Source: Acidimicrobiales bacterium (GTDB taxonomy: Bacteria; Actinomycetota; Acidimicrobiia; Acidimicrobiales; CADCTF01). From it: a stretch of DNA of 58,342 nucleotides. The position numbers and the translations under genes were made by a program. The stretch lies in assembly GCA_036380695.1 (NCBI GenBank), contig DASVEG010000202.1, positions 1 to 58,342 of the forward strand. The letters run 5' to 3'. The notes beneath the pieces are model-generated. The model was not told the DNA's origin. It ran no database searches and saw nothing but the letters and a program-made list of their open reading frames with translations. Positions 10,289 through 18,413 of the stretch are shown in pieces (the stretch's first letter is position 1; every line of letters starts with the position of its first letter).

Positions 10289-10319
10289 GGGGCGGCAGGG
10301 GCTACAGTCCCCCCGCCCG
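10289..10319 (+). terminator. Possible hairpin terminator after the mce operon
   Basis: GGGGCGGCAGGGG-ctacagt-CCCCCCGCCC forms an imperfect GC stem with a 2-nt bulge immediately after the mas stop. No T-tract follows. Confidence 0.35.
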
Positions 10320-10345
10320 CTGGGGACCACCGCTGAAGGAAGTGC

Positions 10346-10807
10346 ATGGCAGACGATCCCGACGACGACGTCGAACTCGAAGAGGAGGAGCCCGAGGAAC
10401 TCGACGACGAGGACCTCGAGCTCGGCGACGACGACGAGGAACTGCTCGTCGAGGACGACGAGGTCATCGACGTCGACGCCGACGAAGAGGTGGTCGAAGA
10501 CGACGACGAGACGCCCCGTCCGGTCGTCGCCGCGGAGGGCGACGACGACGACGACGAGGACGACGACGAGCTGGAGGGCGACGACGTCGAGGCGACGCTC
10601 GACGAGATCCTCAAGGAGCGTCTCGTCGTCCAGGACGAAGAGGACGAGGACGAGGAGGAGACTCCCGATCCCGAGGATCGCACCGAAGCCGTCGGCAAGG
10701 TGCAGCCGCGCCAACCGGACGAGTTCGTCTGCCAGTCGTGTTTCCTCGTGAAGCACCCGAGCCAGCTCGCGGACGAGAAGCGCCTCCTCTGCCGGGACTG
10801 CGTGTAG
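10346..10807 (+). CDS. DUF4193-family protein: extremely acidic N-terminus and C-terminal CxxC...CxxC zinc ribbon
   Basis: 153 aa. The Asp/Glu-rich region runs for about 110 residues, followed by FVCQSCFLVKHPSQLADEKRLLCRDC. ATG is preceded by GAAGGA. Confidence 0.8.
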   Translation: MADDPDDDVELEEEEPEELDDEDLELGDDDEELLVEDDEVIDVDADEEVVEDDDETPRPVVAAEGDDDDDEDDDELEGDDVEATLDEILKERLVVQDEEDEDEEETPDPEDRTEAVGKVQPRQPDEFVCQSCFLVKHPSQLADEKRLLCRDCV

Positions 10808-10816
10808 GCGCTCCTC

Positions 10817-11263
10817 GTGGCGTACCGGCACATCGTCGTGGGGACCGATGGGTCGGAGACGGCCGCAGGCGCCGTCCGCCACGCAGGCGCGCTGGCGAGC
10901 GCGCTCGGCGCGAAGCTCACGGTGGTGACCGCGTACGACCGCGACCCGGCGACGGCCCGCGCCGCGGCCGATGCGCCGGACGAGGTGCGGTGGCGCGTCA
11001 ACGACGCGGCAGCGGCGACCGAGCGGGCCGACGAAGGGCGGCGCGTCGCACGCGAGGCGGGCGCCACGCAGGTCGACGTCTACGTCGAGGCGGGCGACCC
11101 CGCGCAAGTGGTGATCGACGCGGTCGAGCTCCGCGGCGCGGACGTCATCGTCGTCGGGTCGAAGGGAATGACGGGTGCGGCGAGGTTTCTGGTGGGAAGC
11201 GTCCCCAACAAGATTTCGCACCACGCGCCCTGCGATGTGATCATCGTGCACACGGCGCCGTGA
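10817..11263 (+). CDS. Universal stress protein (UspA family)
   Basis: 148 aa with HIVVGTDGSE...VIVVGSKGMTGAARFLVGSVPNKISHHAPCDVIIVH. Confidence 0.9.
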   Translation: MAYRHIVVGTDGSETAAGAVRHAGALASALGAKLTVVTAYDRDPATARAAADAPDEVRWRVNDAAAATERADEGRRVAREAGATQVDVYVEAGDPAQVVIDAVELRGADVIVVGSKGMTGAARFLVGSVPNKISHHAPCDVIIVHTAP

Positions 11264-11286
11264 CCATCACCGCCGGGAGGACCCAC

Positions 11287-11871
11287 ATGGCCGACAACGA
11301 GAAGTCGCCCGTCGAGCAGGCGATCGATCAAGCCCTCGACCTCTTCGTCTACGCACCGCTCGGGCTGGCGATGACCGCGCGCGAGCAGTTGCCCTCGCTC
11401 GTCGAGAAGGGCCGCACGCAAGTGACGACCCAGACGACGATGGCCCGGATGATGGGCCAGTTCGCGGTGCAGATGGGCGAGAAGGAACTGCGGCGGCGGC
11501 TCGAGCAGCTCGGCGAACGATTCACGCCGCCCCCGGCGGGGTCGCCACGAGCAGCGGCGCCGGCCGCGGACGGGCCGACCACGTCGTCGGCGACGTCGTC
11601 GCCGGCCGCGCAGGCGAACGGCAAGGCGCACGGGCACGAGAAGCGAGCGTCGTCCGCGCCTCCTGCGCCGTCTGCGCCCGCCCAGCCGCAGCCGACGAGC
11701 GACCACCTCGCCATCCCCGGCTACGACTCGTTGTCCGCCTCGCAAGTCGTGCAGCGCCTGGCGGGGTTGAGCGGCGACGAGCTCGACGCGGTTCGGGACT
11801 ACGAGTCGTCGACGCGTGGGCGGCGCACGATCCTCACGAAGGTCGCGCAGCTGCAGACCGACTCGTCGTGA
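11287..11871 (+). CDS. Conserved hypothetical protein, possibly of the actinobacterial lipid-droplet-associated-protein type
   Basis: ATG 11287 lies within track ORF 10342..11871. Has an amphipathic helical N-terminus, a Pro/Ala/Ser linker and a C-terminal IPGYDSLSASQVVQRLAGLSGDELDAVRDYE module. The family assignment is from memory only. Confidence 0.55.
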   Translation: MADNEKSPVEQAIDQALDLFVYAPLGLAMTAREQLPSLVEKGRTQVTTQTTMARMMGQFAVQMGEKELRRRLEQLGERFTPPPAGSPRAAAPAADGPTTSSATSSPAAQANGKAHGHEKRASSAPPAPSAPAQPQPTSDHLAIPGYDSLSASQVVQRLAGLSGDELDAVRDYESSTRGRRTILTKVAQLQTDSS

Positions 11872-11881
11872 CGCGCCACTA

Positions 11882-12352
11882 GTGGAAGGCGCGCGCCATG
11901 CGACGGCCGACGACGTCGCGCGCCTCGCCGAACTGGCGCGGGGCGCGGCCGAGGAGCTGCGGCCGCTGCGGGGTGGGGATCTGTTCGTCAACCGGGAAGC
12001 GCGTCGCGAGCCGTTCGAGGACGGCTTCTCCAGCGAGCTCGCGTCCGGCGAGCACATCCTGTTGTGCGGGACGGTTGACGACGTGGTGATCGGCTACGCG
12101 TCCGGCCGAGCGGAAGACCTGCCCGACGGGCGCCGGCTCGGCGTCATCGACGACCTGTTCGTCGAGGCGGAGGCGCGCGCGGTCGGCGTGGGCGAGCGCA
12201 TGATGGACGAGCTGCTCGCGTGGTTCCGCACCCGCGGCTGCGTCGGCGTCGACGCCATCGCGCTGCCAGGCGCGCGCGAGACCAAGAACTTCTTCGAGGA
12301 GTCGGGGTTCTCCGCGCGGCTTCTCGTGATGCACCACCGTCTCGACCGATGA
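11882..12352 (+). CDS. GNAT-family N-acetyltransferase
   Basis: GTG 11882. Acetyl-CoA-binding-like segment VGVGERMMDELLAWFRTRGC is present. The stop overlaps the next gene (ATGA). Confidence 0.85.
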   Translation: MEGARHATADDVARLAELARGAAEELRPLRGGDLFVNREARREPFEDGFSSELASGEHILLCGTVDDVVIGYASGRAEDLPDGRRLGVIDDLFVEAEARAVGVGERMMDELLAWFRTRGCVGVDAIALPGARETKNFFEESGFSARLLVMHHRLDR

Positions 12353-12756
12353 CCCCGCGCCCCGAGGTGTGCGTCGGCGCCATCGTCGTCTACGACGACG
12401 AGCTGCTCGTCATCCGGCGCGGCCGAGGGCCCGGCATGGGGGAATGGTCGATCCCGGGCGGGCGCGTCGAGCCGGGCGAGACCGTCGCCGAGGCCGTCGT
12501 GCGCGAAGTCGCGGAGGAGACCGGCCTCGAGGTGGTGTGCGGCAGCCTCGTCGGCTTCGTCGAGCGGATCCACGACGACCGCCACTTCGTGGTCCTCGAC
12601 TTCGGCGCGACGCTGCTCGAGCGTCAGGAGCCCACGGCGGGCGACGACGCCGACGAAGCGCGGTGGGTGCCCCTGGCCGACGTCGCCGAGCTGCAACTGG
12701 TGGACGGGCTCGCCGAGTTCCTCCACGAACACGGCGTCATCCCGACCATCACCTAG
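12349..12756 (+). CDS. NUDIX hydrolase
   Basis: Nudix box GGRVEPGETVAEAVVREVAEETGL is present. ATG 12349 lies within track ORF 12220..12756. Confidence 0.9.
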   Translation: MTPRPEVCVGAIVVYDDELLVIRRGRGPGMGEWSIPGGRVEPGETVAEAVVREVAEETGLEVVCGSLVGFVERIHDDRHFVVLDFGATLLERQEPTAGDDADEARWVPLADVAELQLVDGLAEFLHEHGVIPTIT

Positions 12757-12757
12757 G

Positions 12758-13522
12758 TCAGCGGGCCTTCCACTCGGGGGCGCGCTTCTCGATGAAGGCG
12801 CGCGGGCCCTCGGCGAAGTCCTCCGTCTGCGCGAGGTTGGCGAACGCCGCCGCGCTCATGCCCCAGAGCTCGTCCTCGTTCGACAGCTTGAGCGAGGCGA
12901 GTGCGACCTTGCGGCTCTCGCGCACGGCGAGCGGCGCGGCCTTGCAGATCTGCTCGGCCAGCTCGACTGCCGCGGTCACGGCTTCGCCCGCGTCCACGAG
13001 CCGGTTCACCATGCCGTAGCCATGGGCGCGCTCGGCGTCAATGCGGTCGCCGGTCATGATGAGCTCGAGCGCGATGCGCGGCGGCAGCACGCGCGGCAGG
13101 CGGAAGAGGCCGCCCGCGGCCGCGGCCAGCGAGCGCTGTACCTCCGGCAGACCGAACGCGGCGTTGCGCGACGCGACGATGAGGTCACATGCCAGCGCGA
13201 TCTCGCAACCGCCCGCCAGCGCCGGCCCGTCGACCGCGGCGATGACCGGCTTCTCACGGTCGCGCTGGACGAAGCCGGCGAACCCGCCGCGCTTGGTCTG
13301 GAGGCCGCCGGCCTGACCGCTCGCGATGGCCTTGAGGTCGGCGCCCGCCGAGAACGTCGTGCCGGCGCCGGTAAGCACCGCAACCCACGTGTCGGCGTCC
13401 TCTTCGAACCGGTCGATCGCCGCCTCCAAGCCACTGGCGACGTCGCCGTTCACGGCGTTGCGGGCTTCGGGGCGGTTGATCGTGAGGACCGCGACGTGCC
13501 CTCGCTGCTCGTAGTCGATCAT
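12758..13522 (-). CDS. Enoyl-CoA hydratase/isomerase (crotonase family)
   Basis: 254 aa with VAVLTINRPEARNAV...GAGTTFSAGADLK...DGPALAGGCEIALACD. Confidence 0.92.
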   Translation of the reverse strand: MIDYEQRGHVAVLTINRPEARNAVNGDVASGLEAAIDRFEEDADTWVAVLTGAGTTFSAGADLKAIASGQAGGLQTKRGGFAGFVQRDREKPVIAAVDGPALAGGCEIALACDLIVASRNAAFGLPEVQRSLAAAAGGLFRLPRVLPPRIALELIMTGDRIDAERAHGYGMVNRLVDAGEAVTAAVELAEQICKAAPLAVRESRKVALASLKLSNEDELWGMSAAAFANLAQTEDFAEGPRAFIEKRAPEWKAR

Positions 13523-13578
13523 GGCGAGGAAACTAGAGGTCCACGCACTACGACCGCCACGTCGGTACCGTACGCAGA

Positions 13579-13776
13579 GTGCAAGGGAACGCGGGCCATC
13601 TCGCTTGCCCGTTCTGCAACAGCTACGACGTGAGCCGCCTCTATGTCGCCAGCGTGAAGATGGACTGTTGCGAGTGCCTGTCGTGCGGCGCCCGTTGGGA
13701 CGAGGACGCGAAGAGCGGCGAGTACCGCGGTCGCGGTGGCCGGTCGTCGGTGCTCGTCAACCGCCAGGGCCGCTGA
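13579..13776 (+). CDS. Small zinc-ribbon protein (65 aa)
   Basis: Cysteine pairs CPFC...CCECLSC are present. Third-position GC is very high (57 of 65 codons end in G/C), which supports this frame as the coding one. Confidence 0.55.
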   Translation: MQGNAGHLACPFCNSYDVSRLYVASVKMDCCECLSCGARWDEDAKSGEYRGRGGRSSVLVNRQGR

Positions 13777-14375
13777 CCGAGCACGCCGCCGCGGTTCGCG
13801 CCGTCGTGTTCGACCTCGACGGCACGCTGCTCGACTCCGACGAAGCGCTCGCCGCGCCGTTCGTGTCGCTCGGCGTTCCTCGCGACCAGGTGACCTTCGG
13901 GCACGTCGTCGAGGAGGAGTGCGCCCGCCTCGGCCTGTCGGTCGACGACTACCTCGCGCGCTACGACACGGGCGCGGCGCCGCCGTTCGCGGGGGTCGAC
14001 GAGATGCTCGCCGCGCTCGCCGAACGGGAGATGCGGTGGGCGGTGTGCTCGAACAAGAAGCGCGCGTACGCCGTCGCCGAGATGGCCCGGCTCCGGTGGC
14101 AGCCGGAGGTGGCGTTGTTCGCCGAAGACTTCGGTGGCCCGAAGCGGCTCGGCCCCGTGCTCGAGCGCATGGGGCTCGACGGTGGCGAGGTCGTCTTCGT
14201 CGGCGACACGGAGCACGACCGGGCGTGTGCGCGCGCGGGCGGTGCGGCGTTCGCGCTGGCCGGGTGGAACGCGCGAGCCGGCGCGGTGCGGGCGGGGGAC
14301 GCCGACGCGGTGCTCGCCGCGCCCGCCGACCTACTCGGGCTGCTCGACCGCCTCGGCATCGACCGGCGGCACTGA
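13773..14375 (+). CDS. HAD-superfamily hydrolase (phosphoglycolate phosphatase-like)
   Basis: Motif I VVFDLDGTLLDS and motif IV VFVGDTEHD are present. The start is uncertain. CTG 13773 overlaps the stop of the zinc-ribbon ORF (CTGA). The first canonical start, GTG 13806, would remove the beta-strand preceding DxDxT. Confidence 0.8.
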   Translation: MTEHAAAVRAVVFDLDGTLLDSDEALAAPFVSLGVPRDQVTFGHVVEEECARLGLSVDDYLARYDTGAAPPFAGVDEMLAALAEREMRWAVCSNKKRAYAVAEMARLRWQPEVALFAEDFGGPKRLGPVLERMGLDGGEVVFVGDTEHDRACARAGGAAFALAGWNARAGAVRAGDADAVLAAPADLLGLLDRLGIDRRH

Positions 14376-15869
14376 CGCCTCCGGCGCGGCGGGCGGCACG
14401 GGAGCGGCCGGCGGCTCCGGTTCGGCGACGACTTGCTCGGTCATGATCGGCTGCTCGTGGGTGGCCTCGGTCGGCGCGTCGGGCACCGGCGCCGCGGGGG
14501 CGGGCGGTGTCGGCGGTCGGGGCGGCGGCGGGATCGGGCGTGCCCCGCGTGAGGGCCGCGCGCCGCCCTTGGGCGCCATCGGCGGCGGGGGGATGGCGAG
14601 GCCGAGCAGTTGCGCGAGCGCAGGGATGCGACCCGCAGCTTGCTGGGCCGCTTGCACGAGCGACGGCGGCGGCTCGGCGGGCAGGCCGACCGGCTTCACG
14701 GTCGTGCGCACGGGCGATGCGACCACGGCCTCCAGGAGGGCGCTCCAGCGATCTGGCGCAGTGTCGGGCGAGAGCTGCTCGGACGCGGCCGTCGACAGCC
14801 GCTTCGCGAGGTCGGACGACAGCCGCATCGACGGGTCGGGCGGGCGCGTGGCGAGCCGCAACGCGCGGACGAGCCGGCTCTCGTCGAGCGCGGTCGTGAT
14901 CGATTTCGTCCACTCGTCGCGCTCTTCGGTGAGGCGGCGATCGAGGGCCTCGCGGAGCGTGCCCGCGAGCTTTCGCGTCTCGTCGTCGCGAGCGTTGGCG
15001 TCGGCCCCGGACACGACGGAGCGGAGGTCGCGGAGGCCGAGCGTGTCGACGTCTGCCATCGCGGCTTCGGCGCGGTCGTGCCACTCCGCGGTCTTGAGGC
15101 GCGGCAGCAGGTCCTCGGCGGCGGCCAGCAAGGCCTCGGCCTTGATCTCGGGGTGGCCCTCGGCGCGCGCCGCGGTGTTCTGCTCCTCGATGGCGCGGCG
15201 CACGGCGGGGATGCCACCGCGCAGCAGCTGCTCGGCGATCGGCTTCTGTTCGGGCGAGAGGGTCTCGACGACGGCGTTGCGGTGGGTGCTCGCCGGGTTG
15301 AGGCGCTTCGGACGGGGCTTCGCCGGCTCCTGCGGCGCGCCGGTGCGCTGGCCGCCTGGCCTGCGGTCGCCACCACGGTCGGGCCGCGGGCCCCGCGCAT
15401 CGCCGGTGCGCGCCCCCCGGTCGGGACGGGGGCCGCGATCGCCGGAGGGGCGCTCGCCGCGTTCGCCGGTTCCGCGAGGGCCGGCGCCGCGGGCACCGCG
15501 GTCGCCCCCGGGCCGGGGCGGGCGGTCGCCCCGATCGCCACGGTCGCCGCGGTCGCGCCGGTCGCCGCGCGGCCGCTCGTGCTTCGGGACGAGCGATGTC
15601 GTGACGGCCTCGAAGTCGCGTGCGGGGCCGACGATCTCGATGCGGTTCGGCGCGGCCGGCGTCTTGCCCTTCGGCGGTTGGACCGACGTGATCGTGATGC
15701 CGTCGACGTCCATCTCGACCTCGGCCTTGAGGACGTCGCCGACCTTCGCGCCTTCGTAGAGCACGGACGACTCGACGACACCCTTCGGCTCACGCGCACC
15801 CGCGGCGCGCCACGTCCACGTACCGTCGGCACGCGAGCTCGTGAGCTCCACCTCGATCCTGCGCGGCAT
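14331..15869 (-). CDS. Conserved hypothetical protein with Arg/Gly/Asp-rich disordered region and Pro-rich C-terminus
   Basis: 512 aa. Folded-looking N-terminus (MPRRIEVELTSSRADGTWTWRAAGAREPKG...), then DRRDRGDRGDRGDRPPRPGG... repeats, a helical middle region and a PPPPRPPTPPAP tail. Its 3' end overlaps the convergent HAD gene by 45 nt. Confidence 0.75.
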   Translation of the reverse strand: MPRRIEVELTSSRADGTWTWRAAGAREPKGVVESSVLYEGAKVGDVLKAEVEMDVDGITITSVQPPKGKTPAAPNRIEIVGPARDFEAVTTSLVPKHERPRGDRRDRGDRGDRGDRPPRPGGDRGARGAGPRGTGERGERPSGDRGPRPDRGARTGDARGPRPDRGGDRRPGGQRTGAPQEPAKPRPKRLNPASTHRNAVVETLSPEQKPIAEQLLRGGIPAVRRAIEEQNTAARAEGHPEIKAEALLAAAEDLLPRLKTAEWHDRAEAAMADVDTLGLRDLRSVVSGADANARDDETRKLAGTLREALDRRLTEERDEWTKSITTALDESRLVRALRLATRPPDPSMRLSSDLAKRLSTAASEQLSPDTAPDRWSALLEAVVASPVRTTVKPVGLPAEPPPSLVQAAQQAAGRIPALAQLLGLAIPPPPMAPKGGARPSRGARPIPPPPRPPTPPAPAAPVPDAPTEATHEQPIMTEQVVAEPEPPAAPVPPAAPEASVPPVDAEAVEQPE

Positions 15870-15880
15870 GGCGCATCAAC

Positions 15881-16954
15881 CTACCTTGCCGGGGGTGGCG
15901 TGCGACGCGCTGCAAGTGGATGCGCTGCCATCGCGCGCGCCAGGTCGTCGTCCGCGACCTCGGTGTAGAGCTGCGTCGTCGCGAGGCTCGCGTGGCCGAG
16001 CGCGGCTTGCAGCTGGCGCAGGTTGAGCGACCCGGTCTTGAGACCCATGGTCGCGAAGGTGTGGCGCAACGCGTGGACGCGTACGTGCGCTTGGCGCACG
16101 CCGAGCCGGCGGAGCAACCGGTCGACCACGTAGGCGACCGCTTCACGACTGCTCTCGACGGTCGTCGCCACCGTCTCGCCGCGGCGATCCTTGACCGGCC
16201 GCGGCCGGGAGCTGACGACGAGGGTGCGGGCGTCGAGCCCGAGCGCGTCGAGGTGCGCCTGCCGCGTCGGGAGGTACGCGGCGAGCGCCTCGCGGACGAC
16301 GGGCGGCACCCCGAGGCGACGCTCCTTGTCGCCCTTGCCCCGGACGACGAGATGGTCGGGGCCCTCGCCTTGCAGGTGGTCGACGCGCAGGTTGGCGATC
16401 TCGTCGAGCCGGAGGCCGCACGCGATCGCCAGGGCGACGATGAGCTCGTCGCGCTCCGGCCACCTCGCGTTCGCGCCGGCCTCGTCGAGCGCCTGCATCG
16501 CGGCCGCGTCCGGCAGGGCCTTCGGGAGGCGCTTGCGGCGCTTCGGCGTCCGCAGCTTCGCGGCGGGGTCGGCGGCGATGAGGTCGTGCTCGTAACACCA
16601 GGCGAAGAACGTGCGGAGCGCCGCCACCCGCCGCGCCACGGTCGCGGGCGAACGTTCCTCCGGCGCGCGGTGCGGGTTCGTGCTGAAGCGGGGGTCGGGC
16701 CGCGTGCGGAACTCGGCGACCGCGGCGATGAGGTCGTTGTTGGTGATGGCGGCGACGTCGAGGTCTTCGAACGCGCGTAGCAGCTCGTCGTCGGTGGCCG
16801 CTGTCGCGCCGCTGCCCTTCATGCCGGCGACGGTCGCCATCGTGTCGTCGAGGTCGCGCCGGTACGCGGCGAGCGTGCGCGACGACCGGCCCGTGTTGGC
16901 GAGGTCGGCGAGCCAGCGCTCGAGGGTCGAGGCGTAGGGAACGGGCGTCGGCAT
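15881..16954 (-). CDS. Tyrosine-type site-specific recombinase (XerC/XerD-like)
   Basis: 357 aa. Has an N-terminal SAM-like domain (TLAAYRRDLDD, RRVAALRTFFAW) and a catalytic domain with GLRLDEI (Arg), GKGDKER, HALRHTFAT (His-x-x-Arg) and LGHASLATTQLYTEV (His...Tyr). Confidence 0.9.
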   Translation of the reverse strand: MPTPVPYASTLERWLADLANTGRSSRTLAAYRRDLDDTMATVAGMKGSGATAATDDELLRAFEDLDVAAITNNDLIAAVAEFRTRPDPRFSTNPHRAPEERSPATVARRVAALRTFFAWCYEHDLIAADPAAKLRTPKRRKRLPKALPDAAAMQALDEAGANARWPERDELIVALAIACGLRLDEIANLRVDHLQGEGPDHLVVRGKGDKERRLGVPPVVREALAAYLPTRQAHLDALGLDARTLVVSSRPRPVKDRRGETVATTVESSREAVAYVVDRLLRRLGVRQAHVRVHALRHTFATMGLKTGSLNLRQLQAALGHASLATTQLYTEVADDDLARAMAAHPLAARRTPPPAR

Positions 16955-16999
16955 CGGCCCGTCCAGCGTGCCCGGCGGGGCAGGGGAGGGGTGGGACGG

Positions 17000-17227
17000 T
17001 CAGGTGACGAGGTCGACGGCGGCAACGAGCGCGGCCGAGGCCAGGAGGAAGACGCCGAGTCGCATCGCCGGGAGGCGGTACCGGCGGTACGTCTCGAACA
17101 GCTCGCCGGCAAGGGCGGCCGGATCGCGCTCGGTCTCGCGCTGGGCTCGTGTGCCGAGCGCGGCGTAGAGCAGGCACAGCGCGCCCGCGACGGCGAGCAC
17201 CGCAGCCACCCGTGCGCCGTCGCCCAT
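17000..17227 (-). CDS. Small two-TM membrane protein (75 aa), hypothetical
   Basis: ATG 17227 lies within track ORF 17000..17854. Has two hydrophobic helices and sits between the GNAT and recombinase genes on the same strand. Confidence 0.35.
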   Translation of the reverse strand: MGDGARVAAVLAVAGALCLLYAALGTRAQRETERDPAALAGELFETYRRYRLPAMRLGVFLLASAALVAAVDLVT

Positions 17228-17241
17228 GTCGCGAGCGTGCC

Positions 17242-17796
17242 TCAGCCGGTCGGTCCGGTCCAGGCATTCCTGCGCAGCTCGTACTCGACCTCGCCCAGTT
17301 CCGTGCCGGGGATCGGGTCGTCGAAGTCGACGTGGAAGGTGCGGACGTACCGGAGCCCACACCGTTCCATCACCGCCCGCGAGCGCTGGTTCACCGCCAT
17401 CGTCTGCGCCCACACTCGCTGCGCGTCGAGGATGTCGAACGCAGCGGCGACCAGGGCTCGTCCCGCTTCGGTCGCTAGGCCGCGCCCCCAGTACTCGCGG
17501 AGCAGGCGGTAGCCGAGCTCGTACTCGCCCGGCGCCGTCGGCCGCAGCGCGACCCACCCGACGGCGTCGCCGGCCGCGCGTTCGCTGGCGATCCACCGAT
17601 GGCCGATCGATCGGGCGATGGTGGCCTCCACGTCGGCACGCGACGACGGCTTGCCGCCGGTGAGGTACCGCATCACCTCGGGGTCGCGGTCGATCTCGAC
17701 GAGGAGGTCGACGTCGTCGCGTGTGATCGGCCGCAGCAGGAGCCGCGCCGTCCCGAGGCCGTCGATGCCAGGCGATTCGCCCATGCCGACCCCCAA
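17242..17796 (-). CDS. GNAT-family N-acetyltransferase (RimJ/RimL-like)
   Basis: 184 aa with LLLRPITRDDVDLLVEIDRDPEVMRYL...YRLLREYWGRGLATEA...NQRSRAVMERCG. Confidence 0.88.
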   Translation of the reverse strand: MGVGMGESPGIDGLGTARLLLRPITRDDVDLLVEIDRDPEVMRYLTGGKPSSRADVEATIARSIGHRWIASERAAGDAVGWVALRPTAPGEYELGYRLLREYWGRGLATEAGRALVAAAFDILDAQRVWAQTMAVNQRSRAVMERCGLRYVRTFHVDFDDPIPGTELGEVEYELRRNAWTGPTG

Positions 17797-17860
17797 GTCT
17801 GCCCGCTCCGGACCGACCGGCCCGCAGGACCGGGTCCGCCGCCGCTACGACCATATGACC

Positions 17861-17883
17861 TACATTGCGTCACTGTGACGCAA
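17861..17883 (+). promoter_or_regulatory. Candidate -10 box (TACATT) plus 19-bp perfect palindrome TTGCGTCAC-T-GTGACGCAA covering the GTG start at 17875
   Basis: Read directly from the sequence. The 9+1+9 palindrome spans 17865-17883. TACATT at 17861-17866 lies 8 nt upstream of the GTG, which is compatible with a leaderless transcript. Confidence 0.4.
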
Positions 17884-18213
17884 TCCGACGCGGCACGGCG
17901 GTGCCGGTGGTGCGGGAGGGGGTTCGACGTCCGGCCGGGGCCGGGCCGGCCCCCCGAGTTCTGCCGCCGGTCGTGCCGGCAGCGTGACTACGAGGCCCGC
18001 CGACGGATGTCCGAGCTCGGCCTCAGCGAGAACGAGTTGATCCTGGCCCGCAACGAAGTCCACGCGCTTCGCGACGCCTTGTACGTCGTGGAGACGGCGG
18101 TCGAGGACGTCGACCGAGACATGGCGGACGCCGGCGAGGATCCCCAGGAGGTCCGCCGCGCCCTCGAGTGGTTGCTGCAGGCCGTGCGCCCGCTGCTCGC
18201 CCTCCGCCCGTAA
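17875..18213 (+). CDS. Zinc-ribbon / coiled-coil protein (112 aa), hypothetical
   Basis: CRWCGRGFDVRPGPGRPPEFCRRSCRQRDYEARRR (C-x2-C-x17-C-x3-C) followed by a helical tail. Only the 3' part of track ORF 17599..18213 is used. Confidence 0.6.
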   Translation: MTQSDAARRCRWCGRGFDVRPGPGRPPEFCRRSCRQRDYEARRRMSELGLSENELILARNEVHALRDALYVVETAVEDVDRDMADAGEDPQEVRRALEWLLQAVRPLLALRP

Positions 18214-18413
18214 CGCCCTGGTCGCTTTCTCGCAGTTGCCCGCGCCTGGCGCGGTACTTCTGGGGGAAAGCGCCGCGGGAAGCGTGTGCGGCGGCCGTTG
18301 CAGTCGTCACCCCGGCCACTCCCTACAAAAGCGTCGTTATATAGGGAGATCACCGGAGACGGCGCGGACCGAAGCCCTTGCCGCTGGGCGACGGAGCGGG
18401 TAGGCACACCGCG

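Noticed and set aside
13521-13772. Long N-terminal extension of the HAD hydrolase (track ORF start 13521)
   Set aside because: The extension is an Arg-rich out-of-frame reading of the zinc-ribbon ORF, whose own frame has much stronger third-position GC. It would also overlap the start of the crotonase gene.
15330-15600. Tandem GAC-CGN-GGC (DRG) repeats considered as a VNTR or non-coding repeat
   Set aside because: They are in frame within a 512-aa ORF with a good coding signature, so they are best described as a low-complexity coding region.
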